Source: Lama guanicoe (Eukaryota). Taken from it: DNA of 64,000 nucleotides. Below are positions 11,076 to 22,870 of this stretch, piece by piece (position 1 is the first letter of the stretch; the number at the start of each line of letters is the position of its first letter). Location of the stretch: the NCBI GenBank assembly GCA_013239625.1, contig MU053873.1, positions 1,998,524 to 2,062,523 of the forward strand. Direction: 5' to 3'. The translations under genes were made by a program, and so were the position numbers. The notes under the pieces are model-generated. The model did no database searches and was not told where the DNA came from. It saw only the letters and a program-made list of their open reading frames with translations.

Positions 11076-12084
11076 AACAGCACGTGTGGGCACCCTCCTG
11101 AGGGAGGGGAAGGCCAGAAAGCTAACCATTTATTGAGCTGGGAAGAAACATGCTTATCAAAATACCCTCTTGCCTTCCTAATGTTGCCCTTCTCTGCACC
11201 CCATGGGCACTGTTTCTTCCTTAAGATGTTTAAAGAGCTTTCTTACTCATTTCAATAGGAAACTTTCTATCCCTACTTTGAATGGAAAACTTGCCATAGA
11301 TGAAAACTAACTACTGAATTAGAAATGCGAGTGTATTTCAGGCTGACGGGCCATGGTGGCTTGTTCCGAGGGCCAAGGTCGGCAGCAACCTCTGTTAGAT
11401 GGTTAAGACCCAGCAGCACCCTGGGGGTGGAGGGGCTTTCCGAGGCATAGCAGGAGAGCTGAAGAGAACCGGGAGGGCTTGAGTCCCTCTGACATTCGAT
11501 GGCATTTGTCTTGCGGTCGGCGAACAGCCTCCAGTCCACTCTGCGGCATCTGCTTTCCTGCCCACAACTTTCCAGAACCCAGGAAGGTGCTAAGCATATT
11601 TCTAGTCCCTCCTGGCCACCCCTTCCACCCCTCAGCATCCTTACATCACAAGTAGGCAATTCTGGGTTTAAAGGGCTGGACGGGGTGGGGCTTCTGGCTC
11701 CCATCTCAGAGCCTCAGTTTTCTCTTCTGGCAAATGGGGATACCTACCCAGGCATGACTGCCTGGCTCTTGACCAGCTGTGAGGGTGAACTGGGATCCGG
11801 GAGGACCAGACCTCATGCCCTGGGGGAAGAGTCTTGGCTGGGATTTTTCCTGAGGCTCAGCTGCCTCTTGGGACAGTTTGGAATTTTTATTTTTCAGTCT
11901 TTGTCTGCAAGGGAGAAGCATTGGCCTCTTTGCATCATTTTCATTCCACGAGTCTGGAAAGGAGGTCTGCACAGGTGTTTTCGGGAGGGAGGAGAGGAAG
12001 CTGGGAGCCCTGGGGTGGCTGTCATTGGCAGGATGCCAGACATGGCTGTTTTTCAGGACAGAGGAAAAGGAGTTTGGCAGCATC

Positions 12085-12305
12085 GCTGAGCGCCTACTGT
12101 CTACTCATTTGTGTACTAGGTACCACACACCCTAACTTACTCCTTCAAATGACCCACAGGCAGGGGCTGCTGCCACCCATTTTACAGATGCATTAACTGA
12201 GACTCAGAGAGGGAAGGAACTTGCTCAAGGTCACACAGCTGGGAAGCAGCAGAGTTCAGATTTGAACCTAGGTCTGTGTGCCTCCAAATCTGTGACATTA
12301 ACTAC
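12085..12305 (-). mobile_element. MIR SINE, near full length
   Basis: cccattttacagatgcattaactgagactcagagagggaaggaacttgctcaaggtcacacagct..gatttgaacctaggtctgt. Confidence 0.85.
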
Positions 12306-13864
12306 TATTCTTTTTGTCTTTTTTTTCAAATGACTAACAGGAATAATAACACACCCCTTCCATATGAAGAGCTCGCCCTGGCTCACAGAGGAATTTGGGA
12401 ACATGGAGGAGGCCTAGAGAGATGAGGCAACTTGTCCAGGGTCACACAGCATTTCTGGTCCCCTTTCCTTTCAGCCCCCCCCCCCCCCAAGCCCCAGGTT
12501 ATAGCCCTGTTGCTCCTCTGTCTTTTACTGGAGAATCTCACCCTGACCCACCAAGGCCTGCACCCCCAATCCCAGCAGGACCAGAGGGGTGGTGATTCCT
12601 CACCACCTGGAAACTTGGGGGACACTTGTTTCTGAACCCCCTACCTACCCCATGGCATCGAGAGCCCGAGTGTTTGTGGAGGCTGGAAATGTTGTTGTCC
12701 ACAAAGGAAGCATCTGGGAGAGAAATCCTTGTTCTGATCCAGGACACCACTTCCCTCTGTCCCTAAAGGGACTTGGCACTAGGGAGGGAGGAGGCGGAAG
12801 AATTTATGATGAAATCTCAGGGTGTCCCCTAAAGCTGTGATTCCCCTGGGTCTGGCTGACCAGTGGCCTTTTTTGGCCTTCAGGGCCCTGGGCCGGGGGA
12901 AGTGGGGTGGGCAGCCAGGCCCTGGCTTCTCTGCTTCCAGGGAGCAAACACTGTGCCTCCTGCCCCTTCTGTGTGCCTAGCTCCTCGGGCTCTGGCTGTC
13001 CTAGCCTCTCCCCGCTCCGCTGGCGCTGCCGTCACTCTGTCTTGGTCTCTGCCTCCATCTCCATCACTCTGTTTCTCTCTCCCTGTCTTTCTGGCCCTGT
13101 TCCTTTCTCTTTCTTTGCTTCGCTTCCAATCCTGTGTGTTTTACCCCAAAGGATGGGATGAGAAAACAGCTGTAAAAGGGCACAAACCATAGCTACACAA
13201 ATAACCCAGTTTTTCTTTTCTTTTTGGGGGGGGGCGGTAGGGAGGGCACAAAGTGGGAAAAATCCATGACAAACAAAATAAACACTGTATGAATTGAATA
13301 AAAGATAAGATGAAGGGAGCCTCTTAAGACAATTTTAAAAAATTAACAAGAAACAGAAATTCGGCTCCCGTTTCCCTCTAAAACCAGTTCTGAGTCCAGT
13401 TCTCCACTCACACCTCCCCTGGGCTCCTCTGAGCCCAGCTCCCTGTCTGAGAAATGGGAGAAAGACACCCCACCCCACCCCCCGCGCCAGGGGCCAGAGG
13501 GGAGATGCCCAGAAGATTCGCGGTGTGCGGGGATGAGGTTCCAACTGGGCCAGGAGGTGGCAAAGCAGGGACTGGTACCCAGGTCCCACGGATGGGCCAG
13601 TCTCAGGAAGTTCATGCCACCCAGATGCCTCCCAAGTTGGCAGGGGAGTCACAGGTCCAGCCCCCTGCGGCAAAGTCTAGGTTATCTGAGCCTGAGGCTC
13701 AGAGAGATTAAGCAGCTGGCCCAAGGTCGCACAGCAGGTTGCTGGGGGTCCTGGCTTGAGCCTGGCAGGCCTCCATCCTGGGGGCTGGGTCTGAGCCCTC
13801 TGAGATTCCTCCAGGAGGCTCCCTGTCCACCCTCTTCCCTCGGATCCATCCTGGGACGGGGCCC

Positions 13865-14165
13865 CCCTGACATTGGCGGAGCCGTCCATGCCCGTATTTC
13901 AGCGGCCGCAGCCGCCGCCGCGCCCTCGGTGGGTGCGCGCAGTTAATTAGCGGGGCTCGGAAAGTTCATCAATAAGAGATCTGGCGGCGGCGGCTGATGG
14001 CCGGCTCGCGGCGGGCGGTGAGCGCCCGTAAATCAGCCTGACGGTCGCTGACCACGCCGGGCCCCGCGCCGCCGCAGCGCCGCCCGGAAGCCAACTGGGT
14101 CGCGGGGCTGCGGGTTCCCAGGCCGCCCGGCGCGGCCGCCGCACAGCCCTGCCTGCCGCCCTCCA
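13865..14165. promoter_or_regulatory. Small orphan CpG island with homeodomain motifs
   Basis: Very CpG-dense, two GCGGCCGC; TTAATTAG 13943-13950, CATCAATAA 13967-13975, CGTAAATCA 14027-14035, CCGGAAG 14084-14090. Confidence 0.75.
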
Positions 14166-14369
14166 GACTCTCGTAGTCTCTGGTCCTTCTCTCTCCCTGG
14201 CTCCTTTCCGTCCCTCCCCACCGTGAGCCTGGTCCAGGGGCGTTCCCCCTACTCCCTGCTTGCTTGAGGTGCCCTCTCCGAGTTTGCAGTGCCTCCCGCT
14301 GGAGCCCAGGCAAGACTCCCCCCTAGCCGGCCAGGCCTGGCTCCACTTCCCAGGTGGGGATGGTTACAG

Positions 14370-14510
14370 CCCCTCTAGGGTCAGGGTTTAAATTCTCCCC
14401 TGAGCTCTTGGATGCCTCGGTTTCTGCCTCTATGAAATGCAGATAATACAAGTACCTGCGGAGTTGGGTTAATGGGTATTAGCGTAAATAGACCACTCAG
14501 TGCCTGGGAA
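14370..14510 (+). mobile_element. MIR SINE
   Basis: tgcctcggtttctgcctctatgaaatgcagataatacaagtacct. Confidence 0.7.
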
Positions 14511-15623
14511 CTGTCAGCCCCTGGAAATGGGAGATCTGCCCCTCTCCCAGCCCACCTGTGGCCACACCCAGCACTTGTAACACATGCATGAACTCGCCAC
14601 CCCCAACAACCCCCTGGTTTTCCTCTACATAAGGCATGCTCACATGTGAGCCAGGTACACAGGTGTCTTGAACCCACCCATCAATATATGCATCATGCAC
14701 ACTTACATCTATGAGTGTCAGCTCTATACGTGCATCCTGGCTAACTATCTAAATCATACCATGGGGAGAAATTGCCCCAGCAGGGGAAAAAGCATGTGCA
14801 AAGGCCCTGTGGTAGGAAGGAAAAGATGTGTTCAGGGACTAAAAGAGGCACTTGTGGTTGCTGTGGCCACGTTCCTATTTTCCCCAAAGGGACCTTAGGT
14901 AACAGGCAGTTTTGTAGCCTCATATAGAACGTGACAGTCTTTTGTACAACCTTGCTAGGTATATGCTTCTCAGATCCAGGTCCTTCAGCTCATCTCCACC
15001 CTGCTCTTAACCACAAAGTTTTAGCCTATCCTAATTCAGCCCCCACTTCACCTGCCCCACGGAAGGTCTCAGGTCTCCGTGGCCAAGCCCAGGGACCTCA
15101 GTTTTGGTAAGAGCTGGGCTGAGGAGGGGCAGGCCTGGAGGGAGGAGGCCAGCCATAAATTTCCAGTGAGTTGCTGCTGCCAGCTCTCTGCCTGCTCTCA
15201 GAAGCCATAAAATTTTACTAGAGCAAGAGCTTCTACCCATCAGGGCAGCCACGCAGGATTAGAGCCCATCAGGGTGTCGGCCCTCAGCACCTACATCACC
15301 AGCCAGGCTGCCCTATTCAGGGCTGATCCTCTCTGCCTGCTTCCCCAAGAGACTCAGGTTTGGCCACCACCTGCCCAGGGCAGAGCACTTTACAGTTGAG
15401 GCAGTAATTTCCACTAGCCTCACAAGGAATCTTTTAGACCTCCCAGGGAGCTGGCAGGGCAGAGTCACCAGGTTCATTTGACAAATGAGGAAACAGGCTC
15501 AGAGAGGGTGTCCCCACTTGTCCCCAAGGCTACGCAGTAGATTAAGTTGAGGTGGCAAACTTGGCTCTAGTACTCTTGAGTCCTATAGCAAAAGAATATT
15601 TTTCACAGTTGGTTTCTTTTTAT

Positions 15624-15850
15624 TCATCCACTCATCCATTCCCTCATCCATCCATTCTTCTTTCCAGTTATCCATCTGTTCTCCTATATACCCACCCATC
15701 CATCCATCCATCCATCCACCCACCCATCCAACCATCCATCCATCCATTCATCCATTCCATAAATATTTGTGAAGCACAGATTATATGCAAGGCACAGAGG
15801 TAAATAAAACACAGCCCTGCTTTCAAGGAAACAAACAAATAGTGACAAGG
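15624..15850 (-). repeat. (CCAT/TCAT)n repeat continuing into L2 3' end
   Basis: ccatccatccatccatcc...cattcatccattccataaatatttgtgaagcac. Confidence 0.8.
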
Positions 15851-17057
15851 TAAAAGGTCAACACACACCCCTAAGGCACCCATTGTGCACAGAGCAGGGA
15901 GCTGAGGATGGGAACGTGAAATTGAGCACGGGACCATCTTCATCTGCCATGGCCCTAATACTCCCTTTTGTCTAAGGCTTGCTGTGTGCCAGAAAACATG
16001 AGAAATATCTTGCGGTCAAGCCACAGATTTCAAGCATGTACCTACTACGTGCCTGTGGTTGATCTAATTTATTGACCATCTCAGTCTTGTGAGGTCTGTG
16101 TATTCTGACTCATCTGGGCAACAGGGAACTGACGCTGGTGGGATGGGGTGGTTGAAGGGTGGGGCTGGAGCCAGGTGGGGGCGTGTCTGGCTCGGTCCCA
16201 AGGTGGCCGAAAAGCAGAGGCTTCTGGGAAGAGCCTGCGGTGGGCACAGGGCAGGTTCAGCCTGGCTGCGGCCTGCACAGGAAACATCTTTGCCTGGCAA
16301 ACAGGATGGTCGTTTGCCATCTGAGCGTGGGTGCCTGGGTGTCGAGGGAGAGGGACCCAGAATAGTTCCTGCCCTCCCACTGCCCCTGGTCCCTGCCAGC
16401 CGCTCTGCAGCCCCCCTCCCCGCAGTGCCCACAGCTGGGAACCTTCACCAGCCAGGCTGCTTCCTTTGCGCCTCCCACGGTTCTGAGCCCACAGAAGGGA
16501 AACAGAGGCTGAGAGCGGAAGTGGCTGGCCCTGTGTGACTCTGCTTCCGGCCCCAGGCCCAGGGCTCTTTTAGGGTCTAGGGTGGGGAAGGAGCTGCATT
16601 TGGAAGTCTTCTCTGCCATCTGAGCAGATCTAGGTCCCCCTCCTCTGGGGGCTCTGCACCCCGTTTCCCCAGGCACTGCTCTCAGCCCGCTTTCACCCCC
16701 GGAGTAGCTGGTGACCATCTCCAGGTATTCACAGGCCCTTCCTAAAGGCAGGCGGCTCCAATGGGGGATTCTGGCAGGGTGCACAGTGACACAAGTGTGT
16801 GTGTGTGCCCCCGCCGCTGACAAACTCTGAGTCTAACCCATCCTAACCGCTTTCCCCTCCCCACCACGCAAAGTGCCAGTGCAGGGATGAGAGGGGCCCT
16901 GGCAGCTCCATCCAGGTCCGGGAGATGGGGCACACTGACCAGTCACCCCCCAGACTGCCCCCATGGTGCCACAAAGCCTGACCCTACCTACTGTGTAATC
17001 TTGAGCAGAGCACGCACCCACTCTGGGCCTCATGACAGCTCTGGTATGTCAATATTC

Positions 17058-17194
17058 ATTTTTTTTTTTTTTGGCGGTGGAAGGAGGAGGTGGAGGTAAT
17101 TATTTATTTGTTTATTTTAATGGAGGCACTGGGGATTGAATCAGGACCTTGTGCATGCTAAGCATATGCTCTACCACTGAGCTATATCCTCCCC
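17058..17194 (-). mobile_element. tRNA-Ala-derived camelid SINE (Vic-1 type)
   Basis: Minus strand GGGGAGGATATAGCTCAGTGGTAGAGCATATGCTTAGCATGCACAAGGTCC...A tail; TSD tatgtcaatattc/taggtcaatattc (17045-17057, 17197-17209). Confidence 0.9.
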
Positions 17195-17761
17195 ATTAGG
17201 TCAATATTCTGACTCTAAGGTTCTGTGATTCTCAGACTCCATCTTTCCAGAATTTTCTCAACTGTGTGTACAGTGAGTGTTCTGAGAAGCATTGCAGGGT
17301 GAGCTAGGGCTCCGAACCCCCAAGATCACAAGTCAGAAGTGCCCTCTCTTTGGCCTCACTCCTGCATCCCTGAAGTTATTTACACCGTGCTGGTCAGTCC
17401 GCAAAGCTTCCTGAGAAAAGGATGACTCTGCCTATGTGCCTGGGATGAAATCAAATTCCTTCTTCCCATTCTCCCTTCCTTTCTTTTCACATTCTCATTC
17501 TATCTCCTTTATCCAATCATTCATTCATTCAACAAACTCAAACAGAAACAATTTCACATGCAATTGGTAGGCTTCACTTCCAACAACATAAAAATGACCC
17601 AGAACCCCTTTTCAACAAGGTTGGGACCATCCAGATTATCTAAAACCCAGCTCCACCATTTCCAGGCTGTGTGAGCTTGGGCAAATCATTTCATTTTTCT
17701 GGGCCTCAGTGTTCTCACCTAACAAAGGGAAATAATGGTGACCACCTTGCTCCCTTCCCCA

Positions 17762-17777
17762 CCTGCAGGGGGCGTAG
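17762..17777 (+). promoter_or_regulatory. Candidate CTCF site
   Basis: CCTGCAGGGGGCGTAG versus core consensus CCASYAGRKGGCRS. Confidence 0.4.
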
Positions 17778-17964
17778 TGGCATCATTGGGGGTGTTTCTC
17801 CTTTGCGGGAGAGTGGGCCCTGGTGGGACACTGCCACCAGGGCTACTGTTTTGGTGGGGAGACCAAGCATCAGTTGGGACCAGTACAGTCCTGAGAGCCC
17901 AGCAAGGGGCTTGAGGGTGCGGGAGGCATCTGGCTCCCGCAGCCCATTCTCAAAGGCCAGTGTG

Positions 17965-18315
17965 GGCGTGAACCGTGGAGCCGCAGACGCCTCGAAGCTG
18001 GGCGTGAAATCTGGGCGCACGCGGTGCAGCGGAGCAAGGGCTGGGCGGACGCGGACCATCCTTTGATGTGCTTTTGGGGTGTGTAATTAACTGTAACTGA
18101 AATATTATTTGATCTTTTATGTGGAAAATCAAATTGTGTTGTGTCAGACATGAATAAATACACACCGGTCCGTTTCTGCAGCAGCAGCAGCTCCTCCCCA
18201 GGCCCCCCCCCCACGCCTCCAGCTCCCCCGCCCCACCCCCCTTCGCCTTGGTGGAAACATAATTCTCGCCTTTTAAACTTTTTCCCTTTGTCTGGTTGTG
18301 AAAGGCTCTATTGTC
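17965..18315. promoter_or_regulatory. Candidate enhancer (TCF/LEF, homeodomain, SOX motifs)
   Basis: CCTTTGATGT 18060-18069, TAATTAA 18084-18090, CTATTGT 18308-18314; AT-rich core with CpG-rich flanks. Confidence 0.55.
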
Positions 18316-19830
18316 CTGGGGGAAGGGGCCGGCGGGGGCTGAGGCCCTAGCTCTGGGGCTGGGGAGGGGGTGTCCTGCCCACAGACAGGGCTGGGGCTCA
18401 GGGGCTCAGCCTCCGGGACTCCACATCTCTGTCCCCGGCCACCGGGTGACCTTGGGCAAAGCCTTCAGCTGCCTGAGCCTCAATTTTGCCTCCTGGGTTC
18501 CCTCTGAGGAGAGGACTGGGCCCATAGACCCTCGGGGTGGGGGTGGCTATGGGCATCACAGCTCTGGTGGTGGCATTTGAAATACTGGCTGTCACTTTCA
18601 CACAGAGGTGACAGCCTCTCTTGAGACCCTAAAACCAGTCCCATTAGGTGCTCTGGGTTCTGACCTTTTTCTCCAGTGAGACCAGTGGAGGATGGAGGAT
18701 GTTGGGGGGTAGGTTGGGGAGAGCATAGCCTAGTGGTTATGAACCAGCTTTGGAACCAGGTAGCCCTGGGTTCAAGTGGTGTCTCTGCCAATTACCAGCT
18801 ATGTGACCTCTCTGAGCCTCAATTTCCTTACCCGGAGAATGGGGGTGACCTCCCTCACTGAGCTGGAAAATGCCTTAATATTCGCACATTCTGTTCCACT
18901 TGCCTAAGATGCCCTTCCCTCCCTTCCCTCCTAGTTGACAGCTATCCATTCATCAGTTTAGACATTACTTATTTTTATTAGGTTGCAGGGGGCTTTACTG
19001 ACTCATCTGAACTTTCCTTCTTAGGAATCTTCTTGTCCCTCTCCCCCTTCTTTCCCTGGCTCCCCTCCCGTTATCCCCATCCCCACCCCCATGCACTTCA
19101 CTTATTCTCTCCCTGCCTTACCCTCTGCACTGAGAGTGGAGGAAGCTCCCCAGAGATACCTCTTTATCTTCGCAGCAGAGTTCCAGGGCCTGGAACAGCA
19201 TCAGGCACAGAGTAGGTGCTTGGGAAGCAGTGGCTGCGATTATGCCCTGCACTCTCCATTGGGAGCCTCCCCCGCTCTGACTGTGCCCACCAGCCCCCTG
19301 GAAGAAGTTTTACCCTTCCCTGCAGAGAACTCTGGTGCCGGGAGCAGGAATCAGAGATGGCCAAGTGAAAACACTGGAAGCTGGGCCTGGGCCAAATCAA
19401 ACATCCGGGAATTTAAAAAATAAACAAACAAAAAAAAAGAGAAGCCACAATTATTGTCTGAACCTGTAATATTTACCTGACTCTGGGAGGAGGCCAGCTG
19501 GTCTGCCTCTGAGGGTGGGGGTGTCAAGAGAAAGGGCGTGTTCTAGCTTCCCCAGGCAGAAAGGCAGAGAAAGAGCCCAAAGAGGATGCCCGGCTCCAGG
19601 GTCCTCATTGTACGGCTGGGGAAACTGAGGCCAGTGATTGGGGGACAGCTTCCAACAGCCACACGGAAGGGTCACCAGAACGGTTCGCATGTCCTGACTT
19701 CTAAACCAGAGCTCATCCTTCTGAGAACAACACGGACAAGAACAATAAAAGGGTTTGTGGGACACACACCAGAGGCCAGGTCTCGGGCCTCAAGCCTTCC
19801 ACGCAGGTGCTTTTTTGCTTCCCCCTTTTA

Positions 19831-20233
19831 TAGAGGCCATGTTATGGCCTTTGTGGGCCCCTTTCTCCACTAGAAATACTAAAAACCGTATTTCATGACT
19901 GTTGGTAGAAAGATGAAAATCTTAATTTTACTTTATTTTATATTTTTATTTTTGGGGAGGGGAGGGGAGGGGAGTTATTAATTAATTAATTTAATGGAGG
20001 CACTGGGGATTGAACCCAGGACCTCGTGCATGCTAAGCACATGCTCTACCACTGAGCTCTATCCTGCCCTCACTGAATATCTTAATTTTAGATGTTAAAA
20101 GATTATCTTCAGGAAGTTCTTTTTTTTTTTTCCTTCTGAGTTCAAAAGAAATTGAGACATTTTCAAACCCTCTTAAACTATCTTGGGCCTTAGGCTCTGT
20201 GACCGCCCCACCTGACGGGTAAGTTGGCTCTTG
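19831..20233. mobile_element. ORSL-like hAT-Tip100 MITE interrupted by a SINE
   Basis: ggcctttgtgggccc..tatttcatgactgttggtagaaagatgaa...tgggccttaggc..ggtaagttggctcttg matches recalled ORSL consensus. Confidence 0.7.
19931..20069 (-). mobile_element. tRNA-Ala-derived camelid SINE (Vic-1 type)
   Basis: Minus strand ..AGCTCAGTGGTAGAGCATGTGCTTAGCATGCACGAGGTCCTGGGTTCAATCCCCAGTGCCTCCA; 17-bp TSD with 1 mismatch (19914-19930, 20074-20090). Confidence 0.92.
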
Positions 20234-20342
20234 ACTGAGGGGAAACTGAGGCACAGGGAAAACACTGAGGCTCAAAGAGGTAAGGCCACTGGCTCAGGGC
20301 AGACAACCTGTTAACAAAGGAGCTGGAAAAGCCAAGGCCCAC

Positions 20343-20385
20343 TGTGTGTGCATGTATGCGTGTGTGCATGTGTGTGTGTGTGTAT
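20343..20385. repeat. (TG)n microsatellite
   Basis: tgtgtgtgcatgtatgcgtgtgtgcatgtgtgtgtgtgtgtat. Confidence 0.85.
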
Positions 20386-21289
20386 GGCGGGGAGGGCAGA
20401 GTGGTGCTTGCCGGGTTCCCCCCACAAAGAATGGGGCAACCCCACTGGGACCCCAGGGCTTGCCCCTCCCCAAAGCCTCCACTGCCCCCCTGTTGTCCCG
20501 GGGCTGGGCTGCAGCCATCCTGGCTGGTGCCGTGTGTCTGTGAGGTCTATGGAGGTCCACACAATGACACATTTCCTGCTGTCCCCAAGAAGTCAGTTCA
20601 GAAGCCCCCCATTTCTGACTTCTAAAGTTTTGGGACCTCCCGCCCCTGCCTTGACTGTTGAGTGGGGGGCTTGGGCAAAAAGCCATTTTCAGGACCCCTT
20701 CGATCACCTCCTCCCTGCTTTGGTCACCATAGGTCAAGACTTCAGAACGTCTCATCGTCTTTGGAAAATATACTCTATTGCCTAGATCTGTTTGCTTCTT
20801 GGTTTGTTGCCTGTCTTGTGAGCATAGGGACCTTGTCTTACTCACTGTGACAGCCTCAGCTTCTGGAAAGTGTCTGGCAAATAGTAGATGCTCAGTATAG
20901 GTTTGTTGAATACCTAAATGGAGAGATAAATGAAAAAGGAGGCAGAGATTTAAACAGACAGGCACGTACAGAAAGAGGGAGAGAGATGGAGACATAAAAG
21001 GCGGAGATGGAGATACAGAAACACTTGGCGAGACCTGGTCAGGGCCAGCTGGAGGGGCAACTAATGTCCACCAGCCTGAAGGCAGGGGAGCCGGGGGGGC
21101 TCTGGCCAGGCCTATCAGGGGGAGATGGGAGTAGGGTAGATTATGGGGCCTGCAGCCTGTGAGCCTGGCGGGGGTCTCCAGCCCAGGACAGGTCACAGTC
21201 AAGGTGAAGAAGGCCGTGTCCAGCAGGGGCTGGCCCAGCAGCCAGGGCCCACGGCTGGCGGGGGCTGATCTGGCCGTGGTGGTGAGTAC

Positions 21290-21770
21290 AGGCCGCCTCC
21301 CTCCGCTAGCAATTTCCCTGCGGCCACAGCCTCAGCGACCAAGAGTAATGAAACAGAGGAATGTCGGTGACATTTTTCTAAAGAGGAAAAATGTGGGGTT
21401 TCAAGTCAAACTGAAAGACTTATTGGGTTCGCAGGGAGGCTAGAGCTCACTTTGGAGAACAAACTGCCAGATAAGGGGCACGATTGAGTCCCCGGTAATG
21501 TTCACTCCGGCCAGCCCGACGCCTGCCGACACTGTTTTGACTACATTGTTCACATTGATTTTCCTCCAGTTCCTCAGACGTGGAGGCCCGGGCATCTCTG
21601 GGGAGCATCACTGGGGAGGCTGAGAAGGTTCTTTGGGGAGCGGAGCCAAGGCGGCTGGAGCACCCGGGGCAGCTGGGTGGGCATGGCCCTGGCACCTGGG
21701 GGGTGGTCATTGATAAAACTGATGACAATATTCAGTGCGATTTGCCCAGTATATTTTCCACCACCCCCCT
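21290..21770. promoter_or_regulatory. Candidate conserved non-coding block
   Basis: Unique sequence with AGATAAG, CATTGTT, TTTATTGG and TGATAA motifs; no repeat similarity recognised. Confidence 0.35.
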
Positions 21771-22099
21771 GAGAAAGTTTCTTTTTCACTTTCATACACA
21801 CCGTTTTATTTCTGATCCTCAGAGCAAACCCAGGAGGCTCAGAGAGCTAGAGGGACTTGCCCAGGGTGTTGCACTCAGCCAGTGGCCAAGGCCCAAGGCC
21901 CAATGCCGGCCCAGGTCTCCTGGTTCTCAGGCCCCCTTGCCAGGAATGTGGCCTTCTGGTTGGCAGCGGGCTCTGGTTAAGTGAGGGTATCCTGGCCAGT
22001 CCTGGGGTTTTAGATGCACTGAATTTCAGAATCTGCCCACAACCCCCAGTTTCCCCTTTCCTGCAGCATCTGCCCATTCGGTGGACCTTCATTTACTGA

Positions 22100-22870
22100 G
22101 TCACCTGACCAATACCTTTGTCACCATCTTCATGTTGGTTCTGGAGCATCCCCTGTGTTTAGCTGTGGACGGTTGATGTCTCGAATTTAACATATTCTGA
22201 ACTGAACTCACCAGCCCCTCCCCGTCCCTCCTCCAGCTCCTCTGGGATTGCCACATGGCTCTAGAATAACAAGGCCACCTCTGTCTTCCCTGGAGGCCCT
22301 GGGATTCCTTCCCCCACCCCCAGGCCCAACTGTCCCCAAGGCCTGGAGAATTTACCTTCCCAGTCTCTCTTGAATCCATCTGCGTCTTCACCTCCCCACT
22401 GCCACCAGCCTGTCAAGGCCACCATCTTCTCTCTCTTTGACAACTGCCCTGGCCTTCCCCAGTCCTCCCCAACAGCCTGCCTTCCACGCAGCAGCCGGAG
22501 GCACCTCTCCAAAATGTAGCTCTCCACCGGCTTCAAATTCTTCCTCCAGTTTCTCAGGCTATATGGGGTCTGGACTTTCCCTACCCACCAGCCCCACCTC
22601 TCCCCCCGACCCCTCACCTCTCCAAGTTCCACCCTCATGGCCAAACTACTTCAATTTCCCACTCTTCTTCCTTGGACGTCCACCCATCCATACTGCCCCT
22701 TCTGCCTGGAAAGCCACAATATATTGGAATAATCTGCTTTCTTGTCTCCTTGCCCGAGGCTGGGAGCTCCTTGGAGACTGGGCTGGAATTGACCCAATTT
22801 TGCATCCCCAGCACCCACTACGTCTTAGCTTCATTACATGGACTGGGTGCACGTTCACTGAATGATGAAA
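22100..22870 (+). mobile_element. L2 fragment (long)
   Basis: gatgtctcgaatttaacatattctgaactgaactca...ccatactgccccttctgcctggaaag...gggtgcacgttcactgaatgatgaa. Confidence 0.7.

Noticed and set aside
19990..20069. tRNA-Ala(AGC) gene (also 17120-17194 and 45809-45885)
   Set aside because: Degenerate acceptor stem, A-rich tail and TSDs show these are SINE heads
20294..21202. Longest ORF (302 aa, minus strand)
   Set aside because: Runs through an L2 fragment (IQQTYTEHLL) and a CA repeat (HTHTHT); no recognisable domain
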